A stretch of DNA of 64,000 bases from Candidatus Zhuqueibacterota bacterium (GTDB lineage: Bacteria > Zhuqueibacterota > Zhuqueibacteria > Thermofontimicrobiales > Thermofontimicrobiaceae). The number at the start of each line of letters is the position of its first letter. The first letter of the stretch is position 1. The notes below the pieces were generated by a model. It worked only from the letters and a program-made list of their open reading frames with translations. It did no database searches and was not told the origin of the DNA. The stretch covers positions 4,435 through 68,434 of the forward strand of contig JAPDPQ010000001.1 in assembly GCA_034506395.1 (NCBI GenBank), written 5' to 3'. This document shows, piece after piece, positions 38,320 through 47,757 of the stretch. A program made the position numbers and the translations under genes.

Positions 38320-39681
38320 TCAACTAAGAGCGCTCAATTGCTTAATCTCCTCAACAAATTGATAAGCCAGTGCATTGGCTTGGTCCATGGTTTTCGCCTC
38401 AGCGTAGATTCGGATAATTGGCTCTGTATTGGACGGTCGAATTTGCACCCAGCGATCGGGCCATAGGATCTTCAAACCGTCCGTCAGATCGAGACGCTGG
38501 TTATTGTATTTATTGGTCATCGTCTTCAATAACTCGCCAATATTCACATCGGCCAATTCAATGCGACTCTTAGCGATCACATATTGCGGCAAAGATCGTT
38601 GCAATTCGCCAATAGAGCCCCCAAATTCAGCCAATTGCTGCAAAGTTAAGGCAATTCCCACTGGTGCATCTCGGCCTAAATGAAGCTCCGGCAAGATAAC
38701 TCCTCCGTTTCCTTCCCCACCGATCACCGCCTTCACTTCCTTCATCTTTTTTGCGACATGAATTTCCCCAACTTTGGTTCGAAACACCTCAGCGCCATAT
38801 TTGGCAGCAATTTCGTCGATCGCCTGGGTGACCGAGACATTGACCGCCACTGGCCCGTGTCTTTTTTGAAGCACATAATTCACAGCTAACGCCAAAGTAT
38901 ACTCCTCGCCCAGGGGATTGCCGTGCTCATCGACAATGGCGAGCCGATCGACATCCGGATCCACTGCAAAGCCCAGATCGGCACCAGTGCGCTTCACTGT
39001 CTGGCATAATTCTTTGAGATTCTCTGGCAATGGTTCTGGTGGATGCGAAAATAACCCAGTTGGATCCTCATTGATAAATATCACATCGCATCCCAGGCGT
39101 TGCAATAATTGGGGTAAAATGGTCCCACCTGCTCCATTCACACAATCTACGACAACCCTAAATTTCCGGGCAGCTATCTTCTCTGGTGAAATCAAATCTA
39201 ATCGCAAAATGGCATCGATATGATGCCGAATAGCGGTGTTATTAAGTTCGATCTTTCCAATTTGATCCCAAGGGACAAAGCGAAATTCTGCTTCGTCGGC
39301 AAGCTGAATGACTTTCTTGCCTTGTATCTCATCGAGGAACATGCCAGAGGCATCGATCAATTTCAACGCGTTCCATTCGATTGGATTATGGCTGGCTGTG
39401 ATGGCAATGCCTCCACGCGCCTTAAAATGCTCCACCGCCAATTCTACCGTTGGCGTTGGGCAAATGCCGATATCAATTACATCGCATCCCATGGCCGTCA
39501 GGCCAGAGAGCACCGCATGCTTGACCATGGGTCCAGTGATTCGGGAGTCTCTTCCTACCACCACCTTTCCTCCACCCAAATAAGCCCCGAATGCCTGGGC
39601 GTATCGGAGGACCACCTCTGGGGTTAACCCATCTCCAACCACGCCTCTTATTCCCGAGATGCTAACCATTAATTTCGCCAC
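38320..39681 (-). CDS. Phosphohexomutase-superfamily mutase (PMM/PGM/GlmM-like; possibly acting as a phosphopentomutase)
   Basis: VSISGIRGVVG..GGIAITASHNP (phosphoserine loop)..FAVDPDVDR (Mg site)..GGEGNGG. Substrate specificity cannot be read from the sequence by eye. Confidence 0.8.
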   Translation of the reverse strand: MAKLMVSISGIRGVVGDGLTPEVVLRYAQAFGAYLGGGKVVVGRDSRITGPMVKHAVLSGLTAMGCDVIDIGICPTPTVELAVEHFKARGGIAITASHNPIEWNALKLIDASGMFLDEIQGKKVIQLADEAEFRFVPWDQIGKIELNNTAIRHHIDAILRLDLISPEKIAARKFRVVVDCVNGAGGTILPQLLQRLGCDVIFINEDPTGLFSHPPEPLPENLKELCQTVKRTGADLGFAVDPDVDRLAIVDEHGNPLGEEYTLALAVNYVLQKRHGPVAVNVSVTQAIDEIAAKYGAEVFRTKVGEIHVAKKMKEVKAVIGGEGNGGVILPELHLGRDAPVGIALTLQQLAEFGGSIGELQRSLPQYVIAKSRIELADVNIGELLKTMTNKYNNQRLDLTDGLKILWPDRWVQIRPSNTEPIIRIYAEAKTMDQANALAYQFVEEIKQLSALS

Positions 39682-39720
39682 TTCAACCTCCGTTGCAGTT
39701 TGTTATCAGCCAGTGCCATT

Positions 39721-40296
39721 TTAGAACCGATTATAATGAACAATATCGCTTAATCTTCTTTTAGGGACATGCAGAACACCTTGATCGTCCTTCCAATATT
39801 TAATTGAATCTTTCACTTCTTCCACTACTGGCGACTCATCGGGATAGCCCAATGCCACTACCGAGTCGATTTGATAATGCTGGGGGATGTCAAAAACCGA
39901 TCTCAATTGATTCCGATCGATCGATCCCAGCCAGCAAGATCCTACATTTTCTTCCAGGGCTGTCAGGATCATGTTTTCGATAGCCGCGGCTGCGTCCACG
40001 CTGCCGTTCCCCGATTTGATCTGAGTATTGACCAACACCACAATATACGCCACTGGACGTTTTCCTTCAGGGGGATTCCCCGCAGGAGCAATATAACCTG
40101 CCCATTTCAAAGCAGGAAATACCTTGTTCACCATCTCCGGATCATCGACAATAATGAATTCCAATGGCTGCAGATTTGCCCCCGATGGCGCTAATCGTCC
40201 TGCGTTGACTAATTTTTCCAATAGCTCCAAAGAAAGCGGTTCTTGTTTAAACCGGCGAATCGTTCGACGCTTCAGAATTATCTCATAAACGCTCAC
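39721..40296 (-). CDS. Nitroreductase-family flavoprotein
   Basis: ILKRRTIRRFKQEP..AGRLAPSGANLQPLEFIIV. Confidence 0.8.
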   Translation of the reverse strand: MSVYEIILKRRTIRRFKQEPLSLELLEKLVNAGRLAPSGANLQPLEFIIVDDPEMVNKVFPALKWAGYIAPAGNPPEGKRPVAYIVVLVNTQIKSGNGSVDAAAAIENMILTALEENVGSCWLGSIDRNQLRSVFDIPQHYQIDSVVALGYPDESPVVEEVKDSIKYWKDDQGVLHVPKRRLSDIVHYNRF

Positions 40297-40455
40297 TTTT
40301 AACTCCTATTGATTGGCAAAAATTAGTAAATGATATAAACGAATATCAACGCTATCTGAGACGGGCCAAAATCAATTGCAAGGATAATTCAACCCGGATC
40401 AGTATTCTCCGAGCCGCCTTTCTTTTTTGCCGGATATAAGCATAGATTTTCGCCT

Positions 40456-40626
40456 GGATTCCTGCATTCGCAGAAATGACATCATGTTATCTGAATTCGA
40501 TTTTTATATTAGAAACAAATTAGTGTCTGAACGAAAACTTACCTCTCTGTCATTTCGATTGCAGGGCGAAATCTTCAAAAGAATCTCAAAGTAGTAAGAT
40601 TCCTCCCTTCGTTCGCAATGACATTT
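40456..40626. repeat. Cluster of three REP-like repeat copies in an intergenic region (40456-40483 +, 40547-40576 inverted, 40598-40626 +)
   Basis: ggattcctgcattcgcagaaatgacatc; reverse complement of ctgtcatttcgattgcagggcgaaatcttc; agattcctcccttcgttcgcaatgacattt. The shared core is ..TTCG..(A)ATGAC. Copies 1 and 2 form an inverted pair. Confidence 0.5.
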
Positions 40627-40739
40627 TTAATTCAAATTTAATGGTTTTCATTCAGGCATTGATTAATTTGACATTGAAAATTTTGCCGCAGCAAAATATA
40701 TTGAAAATTTGGTCGAAAATCAATAGTAAATTTGAACCT

Positions 40740-41669
40740 CTATTCTGAGTGAAACCGATCGATTAATAGCCCATGCCGCACTCCCCTATCGCTAATGATC
40801 ACTGACTTGCTCTGCATCTGTTTCATTATCGCCGAGACAATCATCCCACCAGCCAGAATCACATCCGCCCGATCAGCAGGCAGTCCAGGCATCCGCTTGC
40901 GTTCGGCAATGGTTTTTGATTTCAATGCGCTCACTAGCGTAGTGACGTCGTGATATGAAAGCTGCAATCCATGAATCAGATTTGCTTGATAACGACGCAA
41001 TTGGTGCTGCATTGCGCCCAGGGTGGTCATCGTTGCACCGACACCCACCAGAACGCTGATTGGCCCGGACCATGGAATCGCTTGGAATGCTGCTTTGATA
41101 GATCGATCAGCCAATTGAACTTCCTCATCGGTCACAGGATCTGAGATCAAAATTTGCTCCGTCAACCGCACCACACCGATATTCAAGCTGATCTTACCTA
41201 ATAGTTGCCGATCCTGGCTGAGAATGAATTCGGTGCTCCCGCCGCCCACATCGAAGATAAGCCACCGTGCTTTCGGGACAGGCAAACTGGAAATAACCGC
41301 CAGCCAAGAGAGGCGCGCTTCCTCTTCACCATCGATGATTTGGATGTTCAAATTAGCTTCTCTGCGCAACCGCTCAACGAAATCTTGTGCATTAGCAGCA
41401 GTGCGCAGCGCCATCGTACCGACTGCCAGAATGTGATCCACTTGTTGCTCTCGGGCAATGCCCAGAAACTTCTGAATTGCAGCGATGCTGCGTTCCATTG
41501 CAGCAGTATTGAGAAGACCGCTGCTATGCAATCCTTGCCCCAATCGTGTTACCTGAGAGGTATCCAGCACCGTTTCCCAATCTCCGTGGGCATTCTTTTC
41601 GGCAATCAGAAATTTTATCGCGTTGGTCCCAATATCGAGAACCGCTGCTCTTCGGATCTCCAAAGCCAT
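40740..41669 (-). CDS. ppx: Ppx/GppA-family phosphatase (exopolyphosphatase-like)
   Basis: AAVLDIGTNAIKFLIAE..LIFDVGGGSTEF is the ASKHA-fold Ppx/GppA pattern. Confidence 0.8.
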   Translation of the reverse strand: MALEIRRAAVLDIGTNAIKFLIAEKNAHGDWETVLDTSQVTRLGQGLHSSGLLNTAAMERSIAAIQKFLGIAREQQVDHILAVGTMALRTAANAQDFVERLRREANLNIQIIDGEEEARLSWLAVISSLPVPKARWLIFDVGGGSTEFILSQDRQLLGKISLNIGVVRLTEQILISDPVTDEEVQLADRSIKAAFQAIPWSGPISVLVGVGATMTTLGAMQHQLRRYQANLIHGLQLSYHDVTTLVSALKSKTIAERKRMPGLPADRADVILAGGMIVSAIMKQMQSKSVIISDRGVRHGLLIDRFHSE

Positions 41670-41733
41670 GTTCCTCTCAACGAATTAATTCCACCGTTTC
41701 TCTCTGATCACTGATCACTAAAACCCCTTTCAT

Positions 41734-43947
41734 CTATTCCTCCCCAATTTCTTTTCCCAGAAAATTGCGAAACCAGAATTGAACATTCTCTCGCGTAGAA
41801 TGATTTCGCTTTGTCCCGCCAACACCATGTCGAGCATTTGGATAGAGCATCAATTCAAAATCTTTATCAAGGTCCTGAAGTTTGCTGATAAGCTGAATGG
41901 TATTTTGCATGTGAACGTTATCATCCATGGTCCCGTGTGTGATCAAAAGATGTCCTTTGTATTTATCGGCGTGAGTGAGCACTGAACCAAATTCGTAGCC
42001 CTGAGGATTTTCGTCAGGCCGGTCCATGTAGCGTTCCGTATAAACGCTATCGTACAATCGCCAATCGACCACAGAATATTCGGCAATTCCATGGGTGAAG
42101 TAGTCCGCACCATAGGTCAACGCCATGCATGTGGTGTAACCGCCATAGCTTCCCCCGGCGATACCGATACGATTGGGATCAATAAAAGGCTGGCTGCGCA
42201 ACCATTTTGCCGCCTCGATGAGATCATTCATCTCCCATTTCCCCAGATTGCGATGCATCAGCGCCACTCCTTTTTTTCCGAAATGACCTGAGCCACGATG
42301 ATCGACGCTGATCATGATGATGCCATGTTGCGCAAAATAGTGCCATCTCAACGATGGGAACGAATTCGACACAGTAGCGGCGGCCGGACCGCCATAGATC
42401 TGAAACAGAACTGGGTAACGCTGAGAAGGATCGAAATTCGGTGGCAAGACCCAAATAGCGGGTAAATCATAGCCATCGCCGGATGGGATGCTAAATAATT
42501 CCACCTTGCCCAGATCATATTCGTCAAGTAGAGGTGTCCTTTCGGTCCCGAGCGTACGGATGATTTTTCCTTCGGTATCGCAGAGATCGAGTTGGCTCGG
42601 ATGATGAATACTTTGATGCCGATCGATAAAATATTTTCCGCCCGGCGCAACTTGGCATCGGTGGCTGCCAGGGGTTTTTGTGAGTCGCTTCAAATTTTTA
42701 CCTTTTAAATCGACGACATAAAGATGGTTTTCGGTGGAGCGCTCTTTTGACCCATGGAAATAGACTAGATCATTCGCCTCGTCCACCAGCGCTATATCAT
42801 TCACATTCCACTCACCGCTGGTCAGCCGCTGTTTCAATTGACCATCCAAGTCGTGATAATAAAGATGTGCCCAACCGTCTTTATTCGAGCGAAGCAACAT
42901 CCCTCTGCCGTCTTTGAATAAATAGAGATCCTCAAAAAACTCAACCCAGCTATCCTGATGCTCTTGATAAATCAGCTTGATTTGACCGGTATTGGGATCA
43001 GCCGAGTAGATAATCAATTGATCCTGCCCACGATTCATCCATTGAAACAATAATTGTTTGCTATCTGGCGTCCAAAACGGCCAGGCCACATAGTGATCCG
43101 CCCGCTCATCGAGATCGACCCAGACCAGCTTGTTCTGATCGAGATGATAAATTCCCAGCCGGACATAAGGATTTGGATCGCCTGCTTTGGGATAGCGAGT
43201 GATCTCAAGTTCGCCATGCACACCATCAGCCCGATAGAGCGGGAAAGTCGGTACAGGGCTATCATCGAATCGCAGGAACGCGATCATGTTGCTATTCGGC
43301 GCCCACCAGAATGCTGCATAGCGCGAGGCTCGGCCTAAGATCTCTTCATAATACACCCAAGAGGCATAACCATTGTAGACCGTCTCGGACCCATCACAGG
43401 TCAGTTGGCGCTCAAGCCCGCTCTCCAGGTCCAATGCGTAAAGGTTATTTTGTCGCGTATAGGCAACATAGCGCCCGTTGGGCGAAAACTTCCCATTTTT
43501 CTCTGGAGCTGGTGTGGCAGTGATCTGTCTGAAGATTCGTTTCAAAGGAGAATAATAATAAAGATCATTTTCAGAGTTGAAGAGAAAACCGCTGTAATCC
43601 TCCAAACGATCTTCAAAGCTTTGCAACGAAAATCCCTCTGACAGGAGATCCTTGTGCTTCTCCTCGTCAAAATAAATCGATGACTCTCCAGTGCGGGCAT
43701 TGACTCGCAGCACCTTCCGAGTCGCTTTTGGACCTGTTCCAACTATTTGCCACTCCAGGTAATGTTTCTCATCCAGCCATCCAACGATCATGGGCAAATT
43801 TCCCAACAATTTTGGCTCAGCTCCTTTGAACACCTGGTTGAACGTGAGTCGCTTTTTTTGTGCCCAATTGTCCGAATAGGTCATTCCAAGTAATGAAAAA
43901 GTAACGAGCCAGAAAATAATCTTACCAAATCTCCCTTCCATGGTCAC
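41734..43947 (-). CDS. Secreted S9-family dipeptidyl-peptidase IV (DPP-IV-like)
   Basis: Signal peptide, a beta-propeller half, and a C-terminal alpha/beta hydrolase with IGIAGGSYGGY (GxSxGG nucleophile elbow), plus D..H later in the sequence. Confidence 0.85.
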   Translation of the reverse strand: MTMEGRFGKIIFWLVTFSLLGMTYSDNWAQKKRLTFNQVFKGAEPKLLGNLPMIVGWLDEKHYLEWQIVGTGPKATRKVLRVNARTGESSIYFDEEKHKDLLSEGFSLQSFEDRLEDYSGFLFNSENDLYYYSPLKRIFRQITATPAPEKNGKFSPNGRYVAYTRQNNLYALDLESGLERQLTCDGSETVYNGYASWVYYEEILGRASRYAAFWWAPNSNMIAFLRFDDSPVPTFPLYRADGVHGELEITRYPKAGDPNPYVRLGIYHLDQNKLVWVDLDERADHYVAWPFWTPDSKQLLFQWMNRGQDQLIIYSADPNTGQIKLIYQEHQDSWVEFFEDLYLFKDGRGMLLRSNKDGWAHLYYHDLDGQLKQRLTSGEWNVNDIALVDEANDLVYFHGSKERSTENHLYVVDLKGKNLKRLTKTPGSHRCQVAPGGKYFIDRHQSIHHPSQLDLCDTEGKIIRTLGTERTPLLDEYDLGKVELFSIPSGDGYDLPAIWVLPPNFDPSQRYPVLFQIYGGPAAATVSNSFPSLRWHYFAQHGIIMISVDHRGSGHFGKKGVALMHRNLGKWEMNDLIEAAKWLRSQPFIDPNRIGIAGGSYGGYTTCMALTYGADYFTHGIAEYSVVDWRLYDSVYTERYMDRPDENPQGYEFGSVLTHADKYKGHLLITHGTMDDNVHMQNTIQLISKLQDLDKDFELMLYPNARHGVGGTKRNHSTRENVQFWFRNFLGKEIGEE

Positions 43948-44260
43948 CTCTTTGAATTTCGATCAAAATTAATATCGGCAAATATAAGTGGAACTTTGCT
44001 AGGCCTAATTCTTTCGATTGGCCTAATAATAACGAAAATTATTTTTAATTTCAAGCATAAAATCCCTCATCAGAAAAAAGATCACGAAATGGAATTTCAT
44101 AATTAGATGTCGTTTCTCAGTCACTTAATTAAAAAAAATCGAATGGAGGATTTCAACAATTGATCTTCATCGAACCTTATTCTTGCTTTTTTAAATTTAT
44201 TTTTGTACATTTGCCATCGCTTTAAAATTGTGGTTGATCATTTCTATACGGATTGATGGA

Positions 44261-44761
44261 ATGAAGCTGAATCGACTGAAAGTTGCACTATTGTTCACAT
44301 TGGTGATACTTTGCACTGGATGCGACCTGACAACCAAATGGTTGGCTGCTCAACATCTCCAATGGGCCAATCCCGTGACCATTATTCCCAATTTGATCGA
44401 ACTTCGCTATACGGAAAATGAGGCCATTGCGTTCAGTATGTTGCGTTCGATCGATTCTGGGACGCGGAGGTGGATCATCTATTCGCTGTCCACTTTTGCG
44501 TTGATCTTCCTTGTGCTGATGATTTGGGAGGTACGAAAAGATTCATTCCTGGGATTGACAGCGTTGATGCTGATTCTCTCGGGTGCAATTGGCAATCTGA
44601 CCGAACGGATCTTCCGCGGCTATGTGATCGACTTCATTCACCTCCATTATTATGATCGGTTCAGCTGGCCAATCTTCAACGTTGCGGACATTCTGATCAC
44701 CTGCGGCGGAATTCTATTGGCAATCCTGATGCTCCGCAGAAAGAAAAAACATACTGAATAA
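44261..44761 (+). CDS. lspA: Lipoprotein signal peptidase II
   Basis: YTENEAIAFSML..GAIGNLTERI..VIDFI..WPIFNVADI are the LspA conserved blocks. Start moved to ATG 44261. Confidence 0.85.
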   Translation: MKLNRLKVALLFTLVILCTGCDLTTKWLAAQHLQWANPVTIIPNLIELRYTENEAIAFSMLRSIDSGTRRWIIYSLSTFALIFLVLMIWEVRKDSFLGLTALMLILSGAIGNLTERIFRGYVIDFIHLHYYDRFSWPIFNVADILITCGGILLAILMLRRKKKHTE

Positions 44762-45013
44762 TTTGGCCACTATCAATTGGATGAAACAATATAATAATCG
44801 GCACGCCATTGCTGCCGCCAATTTGATGTCATTATTAAAATGATTTTTTATCGTTTTTTGAAACGATCTTTCCCCTCCAAAATCGCTCTATGCATCCTTT
44901 TCGCGCGATTCGAGCGGTGAACTCATGATCATTTCATCTCGATAATGCAAATGGGGCATAGGGGGATCAATCAAATTCATTTGTGTAAACCATGGTTTCT
45001 TCGTGAAGAGGCA

Positions 45014-45769
45014 ATGATGATGGATTTCAGCGTTGTTCCCACAGCACCAATTGATGTCGATCAACTAAAAGCTCAATTGATAAACTTATGCGACCAATTC
45101 AATATTACCCGATTTGAACCGGATGACATCGTTGAACTCATTGAAGATGGAGAGACTGTCGACTGGATTATCAGTCAATTGCGATTGGATAATGCGGAAC
45201 TGGATGGGGCGCAATTCGAATCAGTACTAAATGGGCTGGCATCGGTCCTTGCCCCTCCAAAAGAAGCGGAATTGATCGAGGAAGCGGGGGTTGAGGCTGG
45301 TGAGGAACAGCCTGAAGTCGGCGAGGTGGAAGAAACGGAGGCAGCAGAGGCGATCCCAAGCATTGATCTTTCGCAGCTTGATCTCGGACAATTGGCCCCT
45401 CAGCTGGAAGAGTTGATGGGCGCGAAGTTGCCTCCTGGGATTAATTTGAAACAGATCCAAAAAATGATGGCCTCTCCTCAGGGCGCTTTTTTGGCCGATT
45501 TCGGATTGTTCTGTCAGGAGCAGGGGTTCGATATGAACGCCATATCGGATCCAAAGCAGCTTGAGGCATTGAATGAGCAATGGATGGCAACACCGAGACC
45601 AGCCTTTGAAGGCAAAACTCCTGCCGAAGTCGCCCGAGAAAACCCAACGCTTTATTCGTTTAAAAAAGTGGAAACATACCGCCGAACCGAACCGCGCATT
45701 GGCAGAAACGACCCTTGCCCCTGCGGTAGTGGGAAAAAGTACAAAAAATGTTGTGGGAAAGGGAAATGA
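45014..45769 (+). CDS. SEC-C-motif protein with a long acidic linker
   Basis: C-terminal [20 protein letters not shown] is the SEC-C zinc motif. Central [30 protein letters not shown]. The start is one of three consecutive ATGs (45014-45022) after GAAGAGG. Confidence 0.65.
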   Translation: MMMDFSVVPTAPIDVDQLKAQLINLCDQFNITRFEPDDIVELIEDGETVDWIISQLRLDNAELDGAQFESVLNGLASVLAPPKEAELIEEAGVEAGEEQPEVGEVEETEAAEAIPSIDLSQLDLGQLAPQLEELMGAKLPPGINLKQIQKMMASPQGAFLADFGLFCQEQGFDMNAISDPKQLEALNEQWMATPRPAFEGKTPAEVARENPTLYSFKKVETYRRTEPRIGRNDPCPCGSGKKYKKCCGKGK

Positions 45770-45896
45770 CGAATTGAAACTTTTCAGATATCATAAATCA
45801 CAAATCCCTTAGCAGCAGGCGACGATGATTTTTAGGGAAAAAATGCTGGAAATTGAATCAAGATAGGCCATAAATTATCACAAATCCCTTCTCTCC

Positions 45897-46496
45897 ATGC
45901 CAGGGCATCAGTTATGGTCAAAGTTTATTGTGCTTCTTTATATCGCTATGAAATTATCAGAGTCCGAAAGCACCTTGTTTTTTAATTTGTACCATCCTTT
46001 GCTGCTGTTTGCAAATCAGCAATACCCAGTGATCAACGACGTGTTTACTGTGGATGGGTTGCGAAAAAAGTCTTCCGAGCAGTTGAGCGCGCTGCGACAG
46101 GTGCTCTACCAGTATCCAATTTTATTCGATCAGTTCGTTGCTGCGAATCCATTTCATTTTTTACCGCATGAACTGGAACTCATCAAAAGCTGGCAACGTT
46201 GGATCGTTGGGCGTTTTTTTATTTTCAGGGAGACCAATTATTACACCATTTTTCTTTCGAACATTCGGCCAATCCGAGCTTACGCGGTTCTGGCGCTCAA
46301 CTCCCGATTCTCTGAAATCTTTGCTGCCTCTTTGCCCGTTTATGTTGAAACAGCTCTATTGCCCTTTCGCGACAAAATAATCGCTGATGGAATCTTCAGC
46401 TATTTTCGATTGCAATTCAGCCATGGCTTCATCCGTAAATTGCATCAATCCTATATGGAGGCGATTGATCACGAAGGCATCATCACATCACTTTAA
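45897..46496 (+). CDS. Hypothetical protein (199 aa or shorter), no family recognised
   Basis: Long ORF with normal-looking composition directly downstream of the SEC-C gene. Start uncertain (ATG 45897 or 45948). Confidence 0.4.
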   Translation: MPGHQLWSKFIVLLYIAMKLSESESTLFFNLYHPLLLFANQQYPVINDVFTVDGLRKKSSEQLSALRQVLYQYPILFDQFVAANPFHFLPHELELIKSWQRWIVGRFFIFRETNYYTIFLSNIRPIRAYAVLALNSRFSEIFAASLPVYVETALLPFRDKIIADGIFSYFRLQFSHGFIRKLHQSYMEAIDHEGIITSL

Positions 46497-46752
46497 TCCT
46501 TTAGATCATTTTGGGATCGAGTTTTCAAATCCAAAGTAGATTCGACCTTCATTCCAAAAATTTCATACCGCTTACTTCGCAGCACACCCTTAGCTGTGAT
46601 CGAAATCGATCGTTTAATATCTGGTAGTGCCAATTTCATGCGGTCATTAGCTTTTCATTTCATCATTTCTTGCTATTTTAGCATTCAGCGGCGAGACCAT
46701 TCTCCGATGACCCTTGCTCAGCCACAAGCTGCGTTTGTTGTCGGTTTGCAAT

Positions 46753-47757
46753 TTAGATCATGTTTAGGGTTTTGAGGAGAAAGATGCCCAAGGAGATAGT
46801 AATGATCGATCCAAGGGTGGTCATGACGATGATGTTGCCGGCCAATTCGCTATTGCAGCCCATTGCTTCCGCCATAACAAAGCTGACGATGGCGGAGGGG
46901 GTGGCGAACAAGAGAAATACCACCCCCAGGTCCTGACCAGAAAGACCCAATCGAAAGCCCAGCACTGCGATGGTTGCAGGGATAATGACGATTTTCAAAA
47001 TGGTAGCGACCGCCGCCAATCGCGCATCTTTTTTGATTTGCTCAAAATCCAATGAACCGCCGATCCCGAGCAGCGCCAGGGGCAATGTAATAGCCGCCAG
47101 GCTATTGATGGTTGTGATCAAAAACTGAGGTAACTCGATGTCGAAATACGAAAATGGCAGGGCGATGATGGTCGCAAGGATAAGTGGGTTGGTGAAAATT
47201 TCGGACAACATCTGCTGGAGCGTCAACTGTTTGTCGGCCCGGATCGGTACCGTCAATGCGATGATTGCCAGAATGTTATAGAGTGGCATGACGAACGCCA
47301 ACAAAATGGCCGCCTTACTCAGCGCTGCCGGACCAAACATGTTAGCGATCAGGGCAAAACCGATAATTGCAAAATTGCTGCGAAAACTGCCTTGAATAAA
47401 TGAAGCGCGATCCCGACCATTATTTGACAACCCCAGAGAGATCAGCCAGCTCAATGCAAAAAAAAAGAGCACACTGAGATAAACAAACAGGATCAGCTTT
47501 AGGCTGAAAGTCATTTTCAAATCGGTGCGCGAAAGGCTCTCGAATACCAGTGCTGGGGCGGCAACGGTGAACACGATTTTCGAAGAGATGCTCACAAAAT
47601 TGCCATTGATTAACCCCTTTTTCTTCAATCCATATCCCAAAAAAATAATCAAGAATACCGGGGCCACCCCATTGAATGAGAAAATCAGATTTTGCATCGA
47701 AGGTTCTCTATTTCTCTCAAGGATTTTCATCGCGACAGATCGGTTGAAAATCCTCAT
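46753..47757 (-). CDS. AEC-family (auxin efflux carrier) transporter
   Basis: About 10 TM segments. GVAPVFLIIFLGYGLKK at the N-terminus is typical of AEC/malonate-type permeases. ATG 47757 overlaps the upstream stop (ATGA); ATG 47697 is an alternative start. Confidence 0.75.
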   Translation of the reverse strand: MRIFNRSVAMKILERNREPSMQNLIFSFNGVAPVFLIIFLGYGLKKKGLINGNFVSISSKIVFTVAAPALVFESLSRTDLKMTFSLKLILFVYLSVLFFFALSWLISLGLSNNGRDRASFIQGSFRSNFAIIGFALIANMFGPAALSKAAILLAFVMPLYNILAIIALTVPIRADKQLTLQQMLSEIFTNPLILATIIALPFSYFDIELPQFLITTINSLAAITLPLALLGIGGSLDFEQIKKDARLAAVATILKIVIIPATIAVLGFRLGLSGQDLGVVFLLFATPSAIVSFVMAEAMGCNSELAGNIIVMTTLGSIITISLGIFLLKTLNMI

